Source: Fimbriosthenelais zetlandica (Eukaryota). From it: a DNA stretch of 64,000 bases. Shown piece by piece: positions 12,901 to 25,607 of the stretch. The notes beneath the pieces are model-generated. The model had not been told where the DNA came from. It saw only the letters and a program-made list of their open reading frames with translations, and did not search any database. Both the position numbers and the translations under genes were made by a program. How positions within the stretch are numbered: the stretch's first letter is position 1; each line of letters opens with the position of its first letter. The stretch lies in assembly GCA_977030845.1 (NCBI GenBank), contig OZ365113.1:34286001-34350000 (forward strand), in the 5' to 3' direction.

Positions 12901-14358
12901 GATTTGGATGGTGATGCTCCCGGGCTATCAGTCTGGTTGATGGGGAAAATGTAAAGAGACGACTACAAACCGTGTTTCAGAAATCTAGATGCCACTCTGC
13001 TGGATACGTACACAGTGTGTGCTTGCCAAGCCCTTCTTGCTGCAAAACACTTTCAACATGAGACGACTGGAGGTTTTTTCAGCTCTCTGACTATTACAAG
13101 CCATGTTTGTGAGAGATAAGACAGAATGTTCCATCCTTGTCCACCATGTTAAGCTCAGCACTATGTAGTCACATGAAAGCTAGAGGCAGATCCAGCAGAT
13201 AGGCTTGATTCATAGGCTCTATCAGTAAACCTCCAGTAAACTATATACCCCGCCTTACTTCAACTTTCAGTTAAGGTCGAGACCAACTTTCAGATTTTCA
13301 ACAGTTGAAATCGTTGAAAATATAATGAAAATAACATATAAAATATCGGATGGCAACGGATGACAAAAAGAGTTTCATCCCTATCGGTGGAGGTTATTTG
13401 AAAGAAAATGAGGGCTATTCAGAGAATTCAAGGACTATCAGACGGGTTACTACTCTCTCTATGCTTAATTTTCTCCTTTTTAATGACCCAAGGAAACCTC
13501 AAGAAAGTAAAGCATACTAAAATGTCCCTTAAAGGGTTTCGGGGCGAATTATACTAATATTTTATCTGTTAATGTTGTAGTTTTTCCACTAAAGTTCCCT
13601 ATATAGACCTCCTTCAGCTAAAGATACCAGAGCCTTAAAGGAAGCAAGGCTTTGATCATTTCATATTGATACAAGCACCATATTGGAATTCCAGATTTTC
13701 ACTTTAGGTGATTGATAATTGCTGGCGATAATGAAGCAAATAATTGCCTTCTTCTTTCTGAATAATTTCTATCAGTTTCCCCTTTGGGGCGCGCATCCAT
13801 TGTACTATGTTTCTACCAGACAAGGGTTTGGTTTGGTAAATGAGGGGGCTGGGATCGTATAGAGAGCTAGAGGGGGTGGGAGGGGTGGGGGGGTGGGGGT
13901 GGGGGGAGGTTCATTAATTGCCTGAGGGAGATGACAGACGGGGTAGACTTCCTCTGTTCCCGGGGCCAGTCTCCAGCTCCCGATCCCCACAAGTGATGGC
14001 CCCCATTTCTAGCATAAATCAGCCCCATCATAGTCCCTTAAACATAGCCTTTATCAAACGTAGCTCAAACTTTCTATGCATCTTTTACTTAAAAATGGAA
14101 ATTCATGTGAGAATTTTCCTATTAAAAGATTTAAAATTTCCTTTAAGCTTTAGCTGATTTTCAGCATCTGATTCAAGATATTATGTTTGGAATTCCATGT
14201 TTATATAATGTCGTCGATTATAAAGAACAAATCCTTTAATGGATAATCGAATACTATAGATAAAGAACAAATGACAGTATAAAACATATATAATGTTGGT
14301 TAAAGGACTATCTATTCATAGATACCATATCTCTTGGTTTGCCGTTTTTTGTGTGCAT

Positions 14359-14468
14359 CATCTATATATATATAGTGCTAATTCATCTATATATAGTGCT
14401 AAACTCATCTATATAGTGCTAAACTCATCTATATAGTGCTAAACTCATCTATATAGTGCTAAATTCAT
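14359..14468 (+). repeat. Minisatellite, about 5 x 20-bp (catctatatagtgctaaact)
   Basis: Near-perfect tandem units with variable TA number. Confidence 0.92.
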
Positions 14469-14972
14469 AGACGCACATCTCTTCCTTGGATTCAAAGCTC
14501 GGAATTTGACTCTTTGTCAAGACATGAATGAATTATCTGTCGAAATTAGCACAATACTGTCTAAATGTCAACCAATTCTCCCCCTGCAATCAGCTTTTGC
14601 ATTTTCTTATGGAAACTAAATGCCATACAAAGGGAAATGTCATTCCTTTTCTCTAATTCACAAAATGAAATAAGTCGTATATTTATCCCAAGAAACATTG
14701 CACTACGATAAACGCTATATAGTTTTTTGTCAATTTATGAGTCCAGCAAGGAAGATGTGGCAAAATGCATTTTAAAACTATTAATTCATGAATCTAGCAC
14801 ACAGTGAACAAAGGGGAAATGTCCTGCAAGGCATATGGAAATGAATCTTCAATTTGTTGCTAGGAAACCAAAGACAAGTTTTCAAACTCTTGATGAAGAC
14901 GTTTGCTTCATTTGACACATGGTTGAGGGCCTTTGTTGCTAATATTTGTTCAATTAATTTCCTCCCTTGCAG

Positions 14973-15145
14973 CTGGCCTAGCTCTTCTCATTGCCCAAAC
15001 AACCGTCAAAGCTGCAGAGAGTGCAAGACAAAAGGAAATGGAGACCAACAAAACTCCAGAATCGCAGCCAGACCTCGACTCCATTAGAGATCTGGACAGC
15101 TGTGCATCCAATCCTGACACTTCCGAACCAGAAACTCATCTCTAG
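14973..15145 (+). CDS. Candidate terminal coding exon of the mGluR (AGLALLIAQTTVKAAESARQKEMETNKTPESQPDLDSIRDLDSCASNPDTSEPETHL*)
   Basis: Acceptor ttcctcccttgcag at 14971-72; phase-1 entry matches the exit of exon 9810-9969; open to TAG 15143-15145; ends in T-x-L. No family motif recognised in it. Confidence 0.45.
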
Positions 15146-17423
15146 AGGTGAGACTTTCACAACTGTTTGCATTTTCTTTTTGAGATACCTTTTGACAGTT
15201 GTTAATTTTCATAATTTCCTTGAAACTGGGCTAAGTATAAGAAAAAATTGCAGTTTCAAAAAGTGGTGAGCTGAGTAATTGGTCTTCCAAAAGTGGGCAT
15301 TACAGCTAAAAACTTTTTTTAATCAGTTTCTTTTCCCATCCTTACGATGCAAATACTCTATAAATGGAAGCATCTAAAAGCAACAAAAAGCAATACATCC
15401 TGTTCATAGCTTCCGTGCTTCTACCAGAATTACTTATACTTTACTTTTCCTCCAATTAATGTATGGCCATAATCGCTTTCTAATAGCACTTATAAATTTC
15501 CTTCAAATGATACATGACCCATATGTCTGGTTGCTTATTCATGATATGACTCTATAGAAATGTCTCCCATGCTGCAGGTTATTGCTCTGGATATATTGGT
15601 CTTCTATATACTAACGGTGGAAGGGACTTCATCATTGGGACATCATTAGACAGGAGTGAATAGCGACTGTATGAGTGAGACCATCTCGTTCCTTGCTTGT
15701 GAAACTAAGTCCGCGTGAGGTGACAACTTTCCTCCTACCAATCACACAGGGAATCTCGCTCTACCACCAGCTCAGCTGCTGGCAATAGAAAATGGGCCAG
15801 GCTTGGTGAGCAGCTCAGAGACTGAGCTAAAGTAAATAAAGAAGAGGAGCTGCTCGTAATAGAGTGGGGATTCCCCCTCTACCAGAAAGGTTGGCGCTCT
15901 CGTCTTACTATTGGAAGAAACATATCTAAGATGATATATAATGTACATGTACACTTATATACATATATATTTCCAGTGTCCTTCAGTGAATCTTTGGTAT
16001 TTTCTGTACGGTGCAAAATAAGCTACTCCTAAAGACTTCTATGTTATTGAATGTGATGACCGACCAAACATGCCAATGGAGGCAACTGCAAAATCTGGAT
16101 TAGAGGAAACCACCTCATATCAACCTTGACTCATTAGCTTCTCCCCCTATATATGACAAAATTGACATTGCATCTTTCCCCCACAGACCCTTCCGGAAAT
16201 GCTATTGCAAGTACAAGTTAGACATAGGTATTTGTATTGTTGAGTACTTGAATTTAACTCAAGATGGTTTCCTAATTCAATTCTCAGTAATTTTTGGCTT
16301 TCATTCATTGTGTTTCACGTGAATCATTGTGGATAATTTAATTGCTTAATTGCATTTGGATTTCATTTGGAGTGAGAATTGGATTTAAACTCCAAAGGGA
16401 TAATGTAAGCAGCCATGACAATCTGGGTGGCAATCCATTATGAAAATGTTCAAATTTTCTCATTGTTTTAGTGGATCAAAGTGCGGCAAACAAGTCCAGG
16501 TAGGAAACAGTTGAATTGAAACAGACATCAAACCTTGAGACATTAACTTTGATTGTGGTAACGATTCTCATCCAAATATCTGGTGAAATTTCATATCTAT
16601 ATCTAAAATTGTTGCCATGATTTTTCGTGGATGTTTGCGTTACCCATTGGAAGGTAAATTGTATGTATATTATCTGTTTTTTGGAACTGGAGGCCTCGAA
16701 TGAACAAGAAGCCCCAAATAAAATCATGGCAGTTTTCTCATGATTGACATTTAGACAAGGCACTAAAAGTCACAAGAAGGAAGGTAATCGTTTATATAGA
16801 TTAAAGAAAATCCAAACCGAAGGTAGTGTTTGGTGTTAGGGTTGACCCGCGTACCACACTTAAGCATGAGACAATTTATCCTGAGGATTTCCACATGAAA
16901 AATTCATAGTAAGACATCATAAATGATGTGATACCTCGGAGGGTGGGATTTAGTGTTCTATTTTGGCCCTTCCCTATCCACCAAATAATAATTAAACATT
17001 GTCTATACTCATTAAATGTACATGTACATTCCAGTAATGAAAGTATATTTTGTATATCAAAAATATTTTAGTTGATACGATATTTTATCCAGTACAATGT
17101 CCAATACAATGATTTACTTTAATATAATCGAGCCTTTGTCCAAATATATTTTTCATAATCGTGGAACAATGCAATAAAACTGAAACCATAAATTTTAAAT
17201 TGTTGAAAAAAGGTAATATAGTCTATATTGAAAGCTTGACATGGGGCAGTGAATAAAGTGCGACGAGGAGTAAAAATGATATATAATTTTTCGTAGCAGC
17301 TAAAAACTTGACAAATTTTAGGTTATAATAAAAATTCCAAATATCAGAAAATATAATTTGATTACAAAAGTTGGGATTTTTTGAGGTACCTGAAAAAATA
17401 TTTGCCATATCTCTGTTTCCAAG

Positions 17424-17558
17424 CAGAACTTGACAGGCTCCTTTCCTGTACTCAAATCGAGGAGGAATACTTTCCGACTCAAATCCCCAACATTGAAAAG
17501 CTTTTAGTACCTGAGTTGCCCTGCAGCAAAAGGGCAAAATCAATGACTTCAGACGTGG
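17424..17558 (+). CDS. Orphan exon-like segment, symmetric phase 1 (AELDRLLSCTQIEEEYFPTQIPNIEKLLVPELPCSKRAKSMTSDVG); parent gene unknown
   Basis: Acceptor ctctgtttccaag, donor G|gtgaga, 135 bp, open in the phase-1 frame. Confidence 0.3.
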
Positions 17559-17989
17559 GTGAGACAGGTTTGTTCCTTACTATGAATGTTAGTGGAATAA
17601 AGTATGCACCTTAACATGTGATGTGTATACATGAGCCTTTCAGATACATCTAATTGTTAGTACTTTATGAATTGAATCTTTTCGGTCACTACCAAATCCA
17701 GAATCTTCTGAGGGGAATATAATAGTACTTTTCGAAAATGTAAAGCTAAAAACGCAAGGATTAAATTTCATTTTCTGAATGCTGAATTGAATCAGAGTAT
17801 ATTGTTGTCATATGCCATAAAATGGTCGACAGGGATTATAAATTTGATAATGAGGATGCAATCAAACCTGTGTGATCTTTGTCCTTTACTCTGTGTTGCA
17901 TATTTTTCTAGGACTGATCAATAGACATTGAGCCAGGACTGCTGGCCTATCTCTTATAGGGGGTATACCTCCAAGAGGTCCGGGTAATG

Positions 17990-18300
17990 TTAGTATCAGA
18001 CTGGGTCTACTCCTGTGTATCAGACTGGGTCTCCTGTGTAGACGGACCAATATACCCCTGCAGATAAAGACCAATTTCTCACACAGTGCTCTGCAGATTG
18101 AATCAAATCTCCTGCAGATTGACCCAGTCCCCTGCATGCAGACTGGGTCCAATCACAACCAGTCCCCTGCAGATCGGATTTAGCTACTGCAGATTACCTC
18201 TACACAGTACAGTCGCCTGCAGACCGGATCAACTCCCCTGCAGATTGAATATACCTAATCCCCTGTATAAGACGTGTGGACCAAACCGATCCCAGTCTGA
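17990..18300 (+). repeat. Degenerate minisatellite with recurrent cctgcagat / cagactgggtc cores
   Basis: Roughly 8 (c)ctgcaga cores and 3 cagactgggtc cores at about 20-30 bp spacing. Confidence 0.75.
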
Positions 18301-21300
18301 TGGCTGCCAGACATTCAGTTTAAGAAATCCTCTATATGGCCTTTGGCTTCAAGAGAAGCAAAGCTGGAGTAAAATAGGCCTTTTACTATGTACATGGCTT
18401 GTGTGATTTGAACCTATGTGGCTTCAGACATTACCCCCTTGTGGTTGTAGACTCCTAAATGAGACATACATGAACAAGCACTACAAACCGTTCAACCCCC
18501 AGGATGATCATCCTCTCCCCCGTCATTATCCAATCAGCTCGCTTCCCCTTTGAATGGAAGGTTTTAAAAATTAACGCCTAATCCCAGGAATGGTGTGTTG
18601 TGGGAACCAGGTCTGTCTATCATGCTCAAAGACTCGGGCGCCATGAAAAGTTTAAAAGATTCAGGAGGCTGCGAAAAAGATTGTACAACAAATGTTACCT
18701 TTGAGAATTGCTTTGAACAGGGAAGGGATTAGAGAAGGGCTTTTCAGATTGTTCTGGTGCTGCAAAGAGCTAGGTTAATCAAGCGACTGGTTTTCTGAAA
18801 AGTTGAGGTCCAGGAGGCAAGGCTTTTTAGTGACATTTTCATGTTATTTTACACTGGGTGTTTGTATATATTTTGGTTTGTTTTTTGTTAAATCACAGGG
18901 ATATGAATGGGCGACTGGCTGTTGATTTTGTAAATGTGATTTTTCAGTATTATATATTATAGATCCAGGGTGGTTATTACATGCATCGGAACCATTTGTT
19001 GAGTCGAATGGATCCTTATAATTAATAATAAAACAAAATGTAAACATTCCTGTACATATTAAATATTAAACATGTACTCCAAGGCTCGTCATGGTCTGTG
19101 AATGCTGGTGTATGGGTATTTGTGTATTATGGAATAGTTCAGTCTCTAGTTGTAAATAATAGGGCAGGCTTGGAAACCTACCCCTATCGCATATCCTGCA
19201 CCACTGTAATATTGCAAAATGGTCGTTACATTATGTGAACCCCATATTCAACACAATGTATCTTTATCTAGATTACTACTGCCTTTTTAGCATGTACATG
19301 TTAGAAATTATAAAGGAAAGTATATATATGACATGGCAATCCACAATTGACACTGATCCATGCACAATATTGTTATTTTAGTTGAGAATCACTACAACCC
19401 CCTTACATATTATATGTATCAATATCAGAGGTTTTTCCATCCGGATTTGTAATTCTCAATTGCTCCCATGATATGTGAGGTCATATTTAGGGACTATGGA
19501 CTGTTCACTGTAGGCCTACTGGTCTCTGTAGGCCTACTGTAGGCCCTGTCAAGGGTAACAGTGAAGCCGCCAGCGCACAGTCAAAGTAGAAACTGTATTA
19601 TTACTTTTGACCAGAACTGTGAGATAGTGTGTTTTGAGTGAGAGTGCGTGTTGGGGTGTCAGCTACATAACGATCACCCTGGTTATAATAACGTGTATCA
19701 TATAATTCCGTTCACTTCCGATGATTAATGGATAAGTAAACTGAAGGGCATATGTATGTGCTTGAAGGTCAAATGTATGTATTTTGTCTTTGTGCAAAAA
19801 AGGCTCATCTCGAATGAAATGCTCGTGACAGGTTTTAGCTCTAGATAATGCTGCATACAGACAGAAGTATTTGTAGAAGAACGCAGAAGGAAAGTATAGG
19901 ATTTCAATATTGCCCTTTTATGAACTGCAGTGCTTCTTAGGACCAAGTAAATAACCTATACTTACTTGTCTAAGCTTGAAGATGTACATTCTACCTTTGT
20001 CTAGAAATGTCTTTTCTTGATTGAAAGCTTCATTGTGACGATATGTGGAGTGGGATGTTCTTCTAAGCGAGCCCCTGAGGGTTGTGAACCATGTTCATCT
20101 GAAAGAATACATGATATTTTTGTTACAATGGTTCAATGGTTCAATGGTTCCTTCATATTGATTATTTTGGTAATGAATGAGTTTGGTCAAGCACTGGTAA
20201 CGTTAGATATACACAAGAGATGGATTCATTTGTAGGATATCAGAAAATCAAGATTAGTGTACGATTATGTTGTTAGTCATCATGGGCTCTCTACTGGCTG
20301 TAAAAACAACTTGTTACTCCATTCAACTTCTCCCCATTTCCATGCATCCCTGAAGTTCTGTTGACTGTGGTTCTTTCTTCTGTGGTAATTTCATGGAATG
20401 CAATCCCACAACTTCAATAAATAAAGGTGAATCAAGTCATTCCAATGTGAACGTGTACAAAGTGAGTTATTGTCCAATTTTTGTCTCTAGTTCTAATAAT
20501 GAGATACACATTCTGGGTTTCCGAAAAACCTTCATTACTGACGTGGTTCTTTGTTAGGGAAGGATTTAGTAGAATAATTTTTGTGAGAATAAATTTGGAG
20601 TTGATAAACATTGACCATATTAATTTTGCAAAGTCCTGGGGATTGATATGGAGAATTCAGATGTATATAAATGCACGAATGGGTATATATAATGTATATA
20701 ATATGAATCATTCCATCATCCAGTGTGTATAATGTATTATACCCTACTATTATAAAGAGTAGCGCTATGTCAATTCTTTACAGCATAAAGCCTGTTCATC
20801 AACCACAAATCCAAATTTTCAACCCGTGTTCTCAATTTAGGAAATTGAATTCAGTCTGTAATACATATCATAAAGCGATCCCTGGTTTATAGGTCAATTA
20901 TTTCATGAACATTAGATTAACTATAATATGGTTTAGTTCAGAATACATTGGGCCGGTTTTTCCATTGAATTGTCCTTACATGAGCCACAAATGTAGAAGG
21001 GAATTTTTTTCAGGCAATTGAAAAAACGACCCAATGTGTTTTAACCCTTTTATCCAGTGATGTCTGATGAAATTCTGTGGATAATTAAATCACTCTTGTT
21101 AAAACAGCTGTGTGAAAACGAGGTTCAAAAAAGCCACGTGAGAACAGGGCCATAGGCAATACACATGACTTGCTTTCATACAAGTTTAAAACAGCTAGGA
21201 TGACATTATTGAACAGTTCACTGAGATAAATGACCTATTTTGAAATTTCCTGATATTATTTGGTATATTATGTATTATCAATAATTATAATGTATGGGTG

Positions 21301-21848
21301 TCCATGTTGGCACCAGCATGTGACTTTATATCACCATCTGTCAGTATATCTGTATAATGATCAACGTAAACACCTGTGTGTTGTTGTGCCAAATAGAGGC
21401 GTAATAAATGGTGGATGGTTAACCAGCACTTCTTCTTTTTCTGTTTTCAAAAATAAAATTCATATCGTCAAAAATAGACATCTAAATCTTTTATATGTTA
21501 ACTTAGACTGGCCCTATGACACTATTGTCCCAAGCCTAATATGTAAAACGTTAGATTTGAATTGAGAATTTTGGAAACGGGGGTGTGTTGGGGGTGGGGG
21601 GTGGGGGGGTCAGTCCTATCATAAAATGAAAAGGGGAGGCGTCCAACATTCTGGCAAAAACATTTGAGGGACAAAAAGTCAAGAGGTGAACTTCTTCTAT
21701 TCTATAGGCGAAGGCTTTTCTCCACTCTATATATCTACACAGACAGCCCTTGAAATATATACAAACCAATATAAAGATAGTGAACTATTGGGTTACTCGC
21801 TGAGAGTGTAAAGCAATGAATTATAGACTATTATCTATACAGCTGAAA

Positions 21849-22040
21849 GCCTCGGCCACACTGAGGCGATTCCCCTAGCGATAGCAGAGCGATACAATAT
21901 TTGTAATCACACAAATGCTTCAATTTTTAACAGTCCTTTACACCTAGCAGGCTACTGATGAAATTAAAAGCATTGGGTGTGACTGGAAATATATCATCAC
22001 GCTGCAATCGCTTGGAGAATCGTCTCTATGTGCCCCAGGC
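21849..22040. mobile_element. About 190-bp MITE-like element with degenerate 34-bp terminal inverted repeats
   Basis: Left gcctcggccacactgaggcgattcccctagcgat versus reverse complement of the right end gcctggggcacatagagacgattctccaagcgat; TSD not recognisable. Confidence 0.6.
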
Positions 22041-23717
22041 GACCATGTCTGTTTCTTGCATTATAGCGAGTGACAACGACTATAGACAGAAGGTTCTTTC
22101 TGTACTCCTTGAGTATCTATATGAATTATAGGCATCTGGCTGCTATCGTATTATTTCTCTGGAATAAAATTATTATCTCATAGTCTGAGAAAAGGATGGG
22201 ATGCATTAGCTAAAGTTACGTCTATGGGTCAATTGAACACAATTTGTTCTGAAATGGGCAGCAGATTTCCATCAGAATCTAAAGTCAAATTAAATACAAA
22301 TTTGTTCTGGCAACAAATCGTCATCAGGGCAACAAATCGCCATCAGGGTCTTTCCACTTACTATTTCAGTATTTTGCACTATTATTTAGATCTGATTGAA
22401 AAGCAAATTATTTTAGGTCAAACTACATTTGATTCCCACAGGACTTAACAACTGTTTTTCAATGGTCTAAACATATATATCATCGTTTTTTGGCTACTAA
22501 CACGTCCAAACAATGGTTGACACGAACCAGATGACCCGAAGGACAAGATGTGGTCATAAAATTACTACCACTCCACTCAGATGGTATCACGACCATAGAA
22601 AAGATGCTTATAATCACGACAAATAATCATGTCTCAAAAACATATTCTGACCTGATTACGTCTTGGCAAAGAACAAGAAGGTACTTATCTTTTGTTAATA
22701 GGGCATGTATATAAAGGGGTAACTATACTAAATAACCTCATAAATTTATTTGACCTAAATACTTGTAGAATGAGTCTGCCCCCGGAGGAGGCTGCTGCCC
22801 CCTACATCCAGTACTTGAAAGCATTGTTTTCACCTCATCTTGTTTCGGTTGCATTTTTATCCACGTAATTATTAGATTTTTTCCTATCTTGCTGTCTATT
22901 TGGAACGATACTTAGTTTAAAGGTATAGACTCATATTATAAAAGAATTCCACAGGTGTTTACCCCCATTCAACCATACCGACATGCTCACATGATTAATG
23001 CATGTAGAAGCTCCCCTTTATTCAGGTCTATAGGCCATAAAAAGTCTAGATCTCCCGCATGCAATCTATTCATTAAAAAAGTCTGTACCTTCGAGTTCAT
23101 TTGGCAGGGAAGTTAGTTCTCCGACATCCAAACGTATGGATGGAGTAGAGATCCTTTCTTTGAAACAAGAAAGTAAAAACATCAGATTGAAGTTGATTTC
23201 TGACCCATGACATCAGTGTATGTTTGCAGGGCCCACACATCATTGTCAGTGTGAATAGCATTAGTCACAGAGGAGAGATGGGCCTTCCAGCAGCTGACAT
23301 ATATATCCCACCACTGTAAAATCACATATGTTTTATTATTGAATGAGTACAAAGTCTCTCTATATATTCATCACAACATTACTTCGTGAGCGTCCATTAA
23401 AGATCAGGCCAGTCACGTTAGTGGATGATTATGTGTTAGGATTTAGAGTGATATGGTTGGCTGGGACTTGCCCCCCTTACCTAGTTAAATCCTTTACATG
23501 CTCCATATTCTATATTTCAAAGCATTGTAGTCAATCTTTACCTAACTATATCCCAGTGGTGGATCATATATCATTAGGTATGGTAGCTTACATACCAACT
23601 GGTTCTATTTTAGACATCATTTTCTGACTCGGTGGATTGTATCAGTTTATATTCAAAAGTCATATCGTTAAAGCGGGCAGTGACCAGCGGTTGTGCTTAC
23701 CTAGCTTTTGTATACAG

Positions 23718-25607
23718 AGTAGAGTGTCTTTAAAGTTGTCCCAGTTGGCACAGGTCGCTGCTAGGGAGCAAAGACTGGGAGTTGAGCTCTTTGCCTTACA
23801 TCAAAAGTCTTCACAGAAGTACAGGTAAGGATCCATTGTCTATTGTCTTCATACTAATTGTTTCTTTAATTTTGTAAAACTTTCAAAGTGAATTGTGGCC
23901 ATATTTAGTTGATTAGAGTATATGGTTGAGTTCCATGAAAGTATCCGATAGGATACATGTGAGGTGTTATCATTATCATATGTTTAAAGCTGATCTTAAT
24001 ATAGACATGCTGTTGTTGGCTAGGTTTGACTGCATGATATGAACTTATATGAACATATAAAGTATTGGCTTTGTAATAATATATACATGTATTTGAAGTC
24101 TAATGCATTCTGACATGCTTGCATGGATGGATGCATTGATTCAGGTTGCTCATATTTACATGATGGGATTAGCAATTCACTTTAAGTCATGTGGAATTCA
24201 CTTTAAACCCACCCACAGACACACAATACCACCCCCTGTTCCCTTTAATTGCTCACTTGCGTTGCATTTTAGGCAAAAGGCCTGCAACTTATACATAGAT
24301 GCAGACAAGTGAAAGAGTTAGATTGTATAACCTTTTGAGGACAAAGATATACATCATAGGTGTGACCCAAAAAATAAAATTGGAGCATCTGTTGAGTCGA
24401 GTATATAATTAGAGCAAAAAACAGGACATGGCCTGGTGGTGATTTTTTTACAAGGATGTATAATATATATGTCCATATTAAGCATAGTATGATCCGTATT
24501 GATTTATAACTGATTTCCGGCCGGCCAAAAATAAGTATAGGGAATAAATATAAACTACCACATATATTTAACGGAAATAAAGCGTGATGGATAGGGATAT
24601 GATGATATTAGTCTCGGTATGGTTTTTGTCCTGTCTGAGATCAAGGATCAATGCAAGTAATGAAACTCTGAAAGTTTCAACAATTTTTTTCCCAGGATTT
24701 TCAGGGTGATTCTTTAAACTGGGAGGGATGAAACCGGCAAATAGATTAATAATATCCCAACGCATAAGAGATATCCTGATAGATCTTAGGGGCTATTATA
24801 GTGTAGATTATAATATAATATTTGACTATCTAATTATATTCTGTCTAATATAAAGCCATATACAACTGTGTCAATGGTTCAGTAGTTTACATTCTGTCCC
24901 TATCAGTACCTGGGCATCCTACCAACAACACCCTCACCACAAGATTAATTACTGTAGAGGGCATGCCTCTTACCTGAGCCAGACTGGTAGGAATATTTTG
25001 ATTGCTTTTTAATCCATATTCTGAATAAATATATGGGCTCCTTATCTCTAACTTTTAATATGGTTTAGTTTTTTTAAATTTTGATATATGACCCCTTGGC
25101 GTCGGATGGGAGTAGACTGCCATTTAAAATTGCATAAAATAGCATTCATAAAGCTTACATATTACCAGTGTAGATATAACTTTCTGCGAACACAATTCAA
25201 CAGCAATTATTGCTCTAGTTAATGAACAGTTCATGTCGTGTTTAAAGGTACAATGTTAGTTAGTCATTCTTTCCTTTATATTAGTACTAACTTGAATATT
25301 CTCAGTATCAGATTAGATTTCAACAGTCCATCTTTCCCACCACAAAATCCACTTAGTCTGTAGCCAAGCCCTGAAGACAGGGATTATTGAAAGAGGAAAA
25401 AAGCTGTCTGGAACTTATCTTAGTGAAACAGATCGGGACCTGTTACTGTCAGTAAAGACTGCTGGTCCTAAGTAGATTCAATTTCATGGAGACCTTGGGA
25501 TAAACCAGCGAGCTGCTCAAATTTCAAATATCAGCCACTTGGAGCGGTTGATCCCTTTCACAAGAGATAGCTTTCTCTGGACTGACAGAGGTTTCGCAGA
25601 CTTGTAG
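23718..25607 (+). other. Pair of exon-like segments (23718..23824, 25364..25607): possible upstream exons of the transglutaminase transcript or relic of another gene
   Basis: Acceptors ttttgtatacag and cttagtctgtag; donors AG|gtaagg at 23825 and 25608; phases compatible (0 to 2); frame open except for one TAG at 25473-75 and the terminal TAG at 25605-07. Confidence 0.35.

Noticed and set aside
17886-18406. ORFs on both strands with repetitive CRL/CR motifs
   Set aside because: By-products of the degenerate minisatellite.
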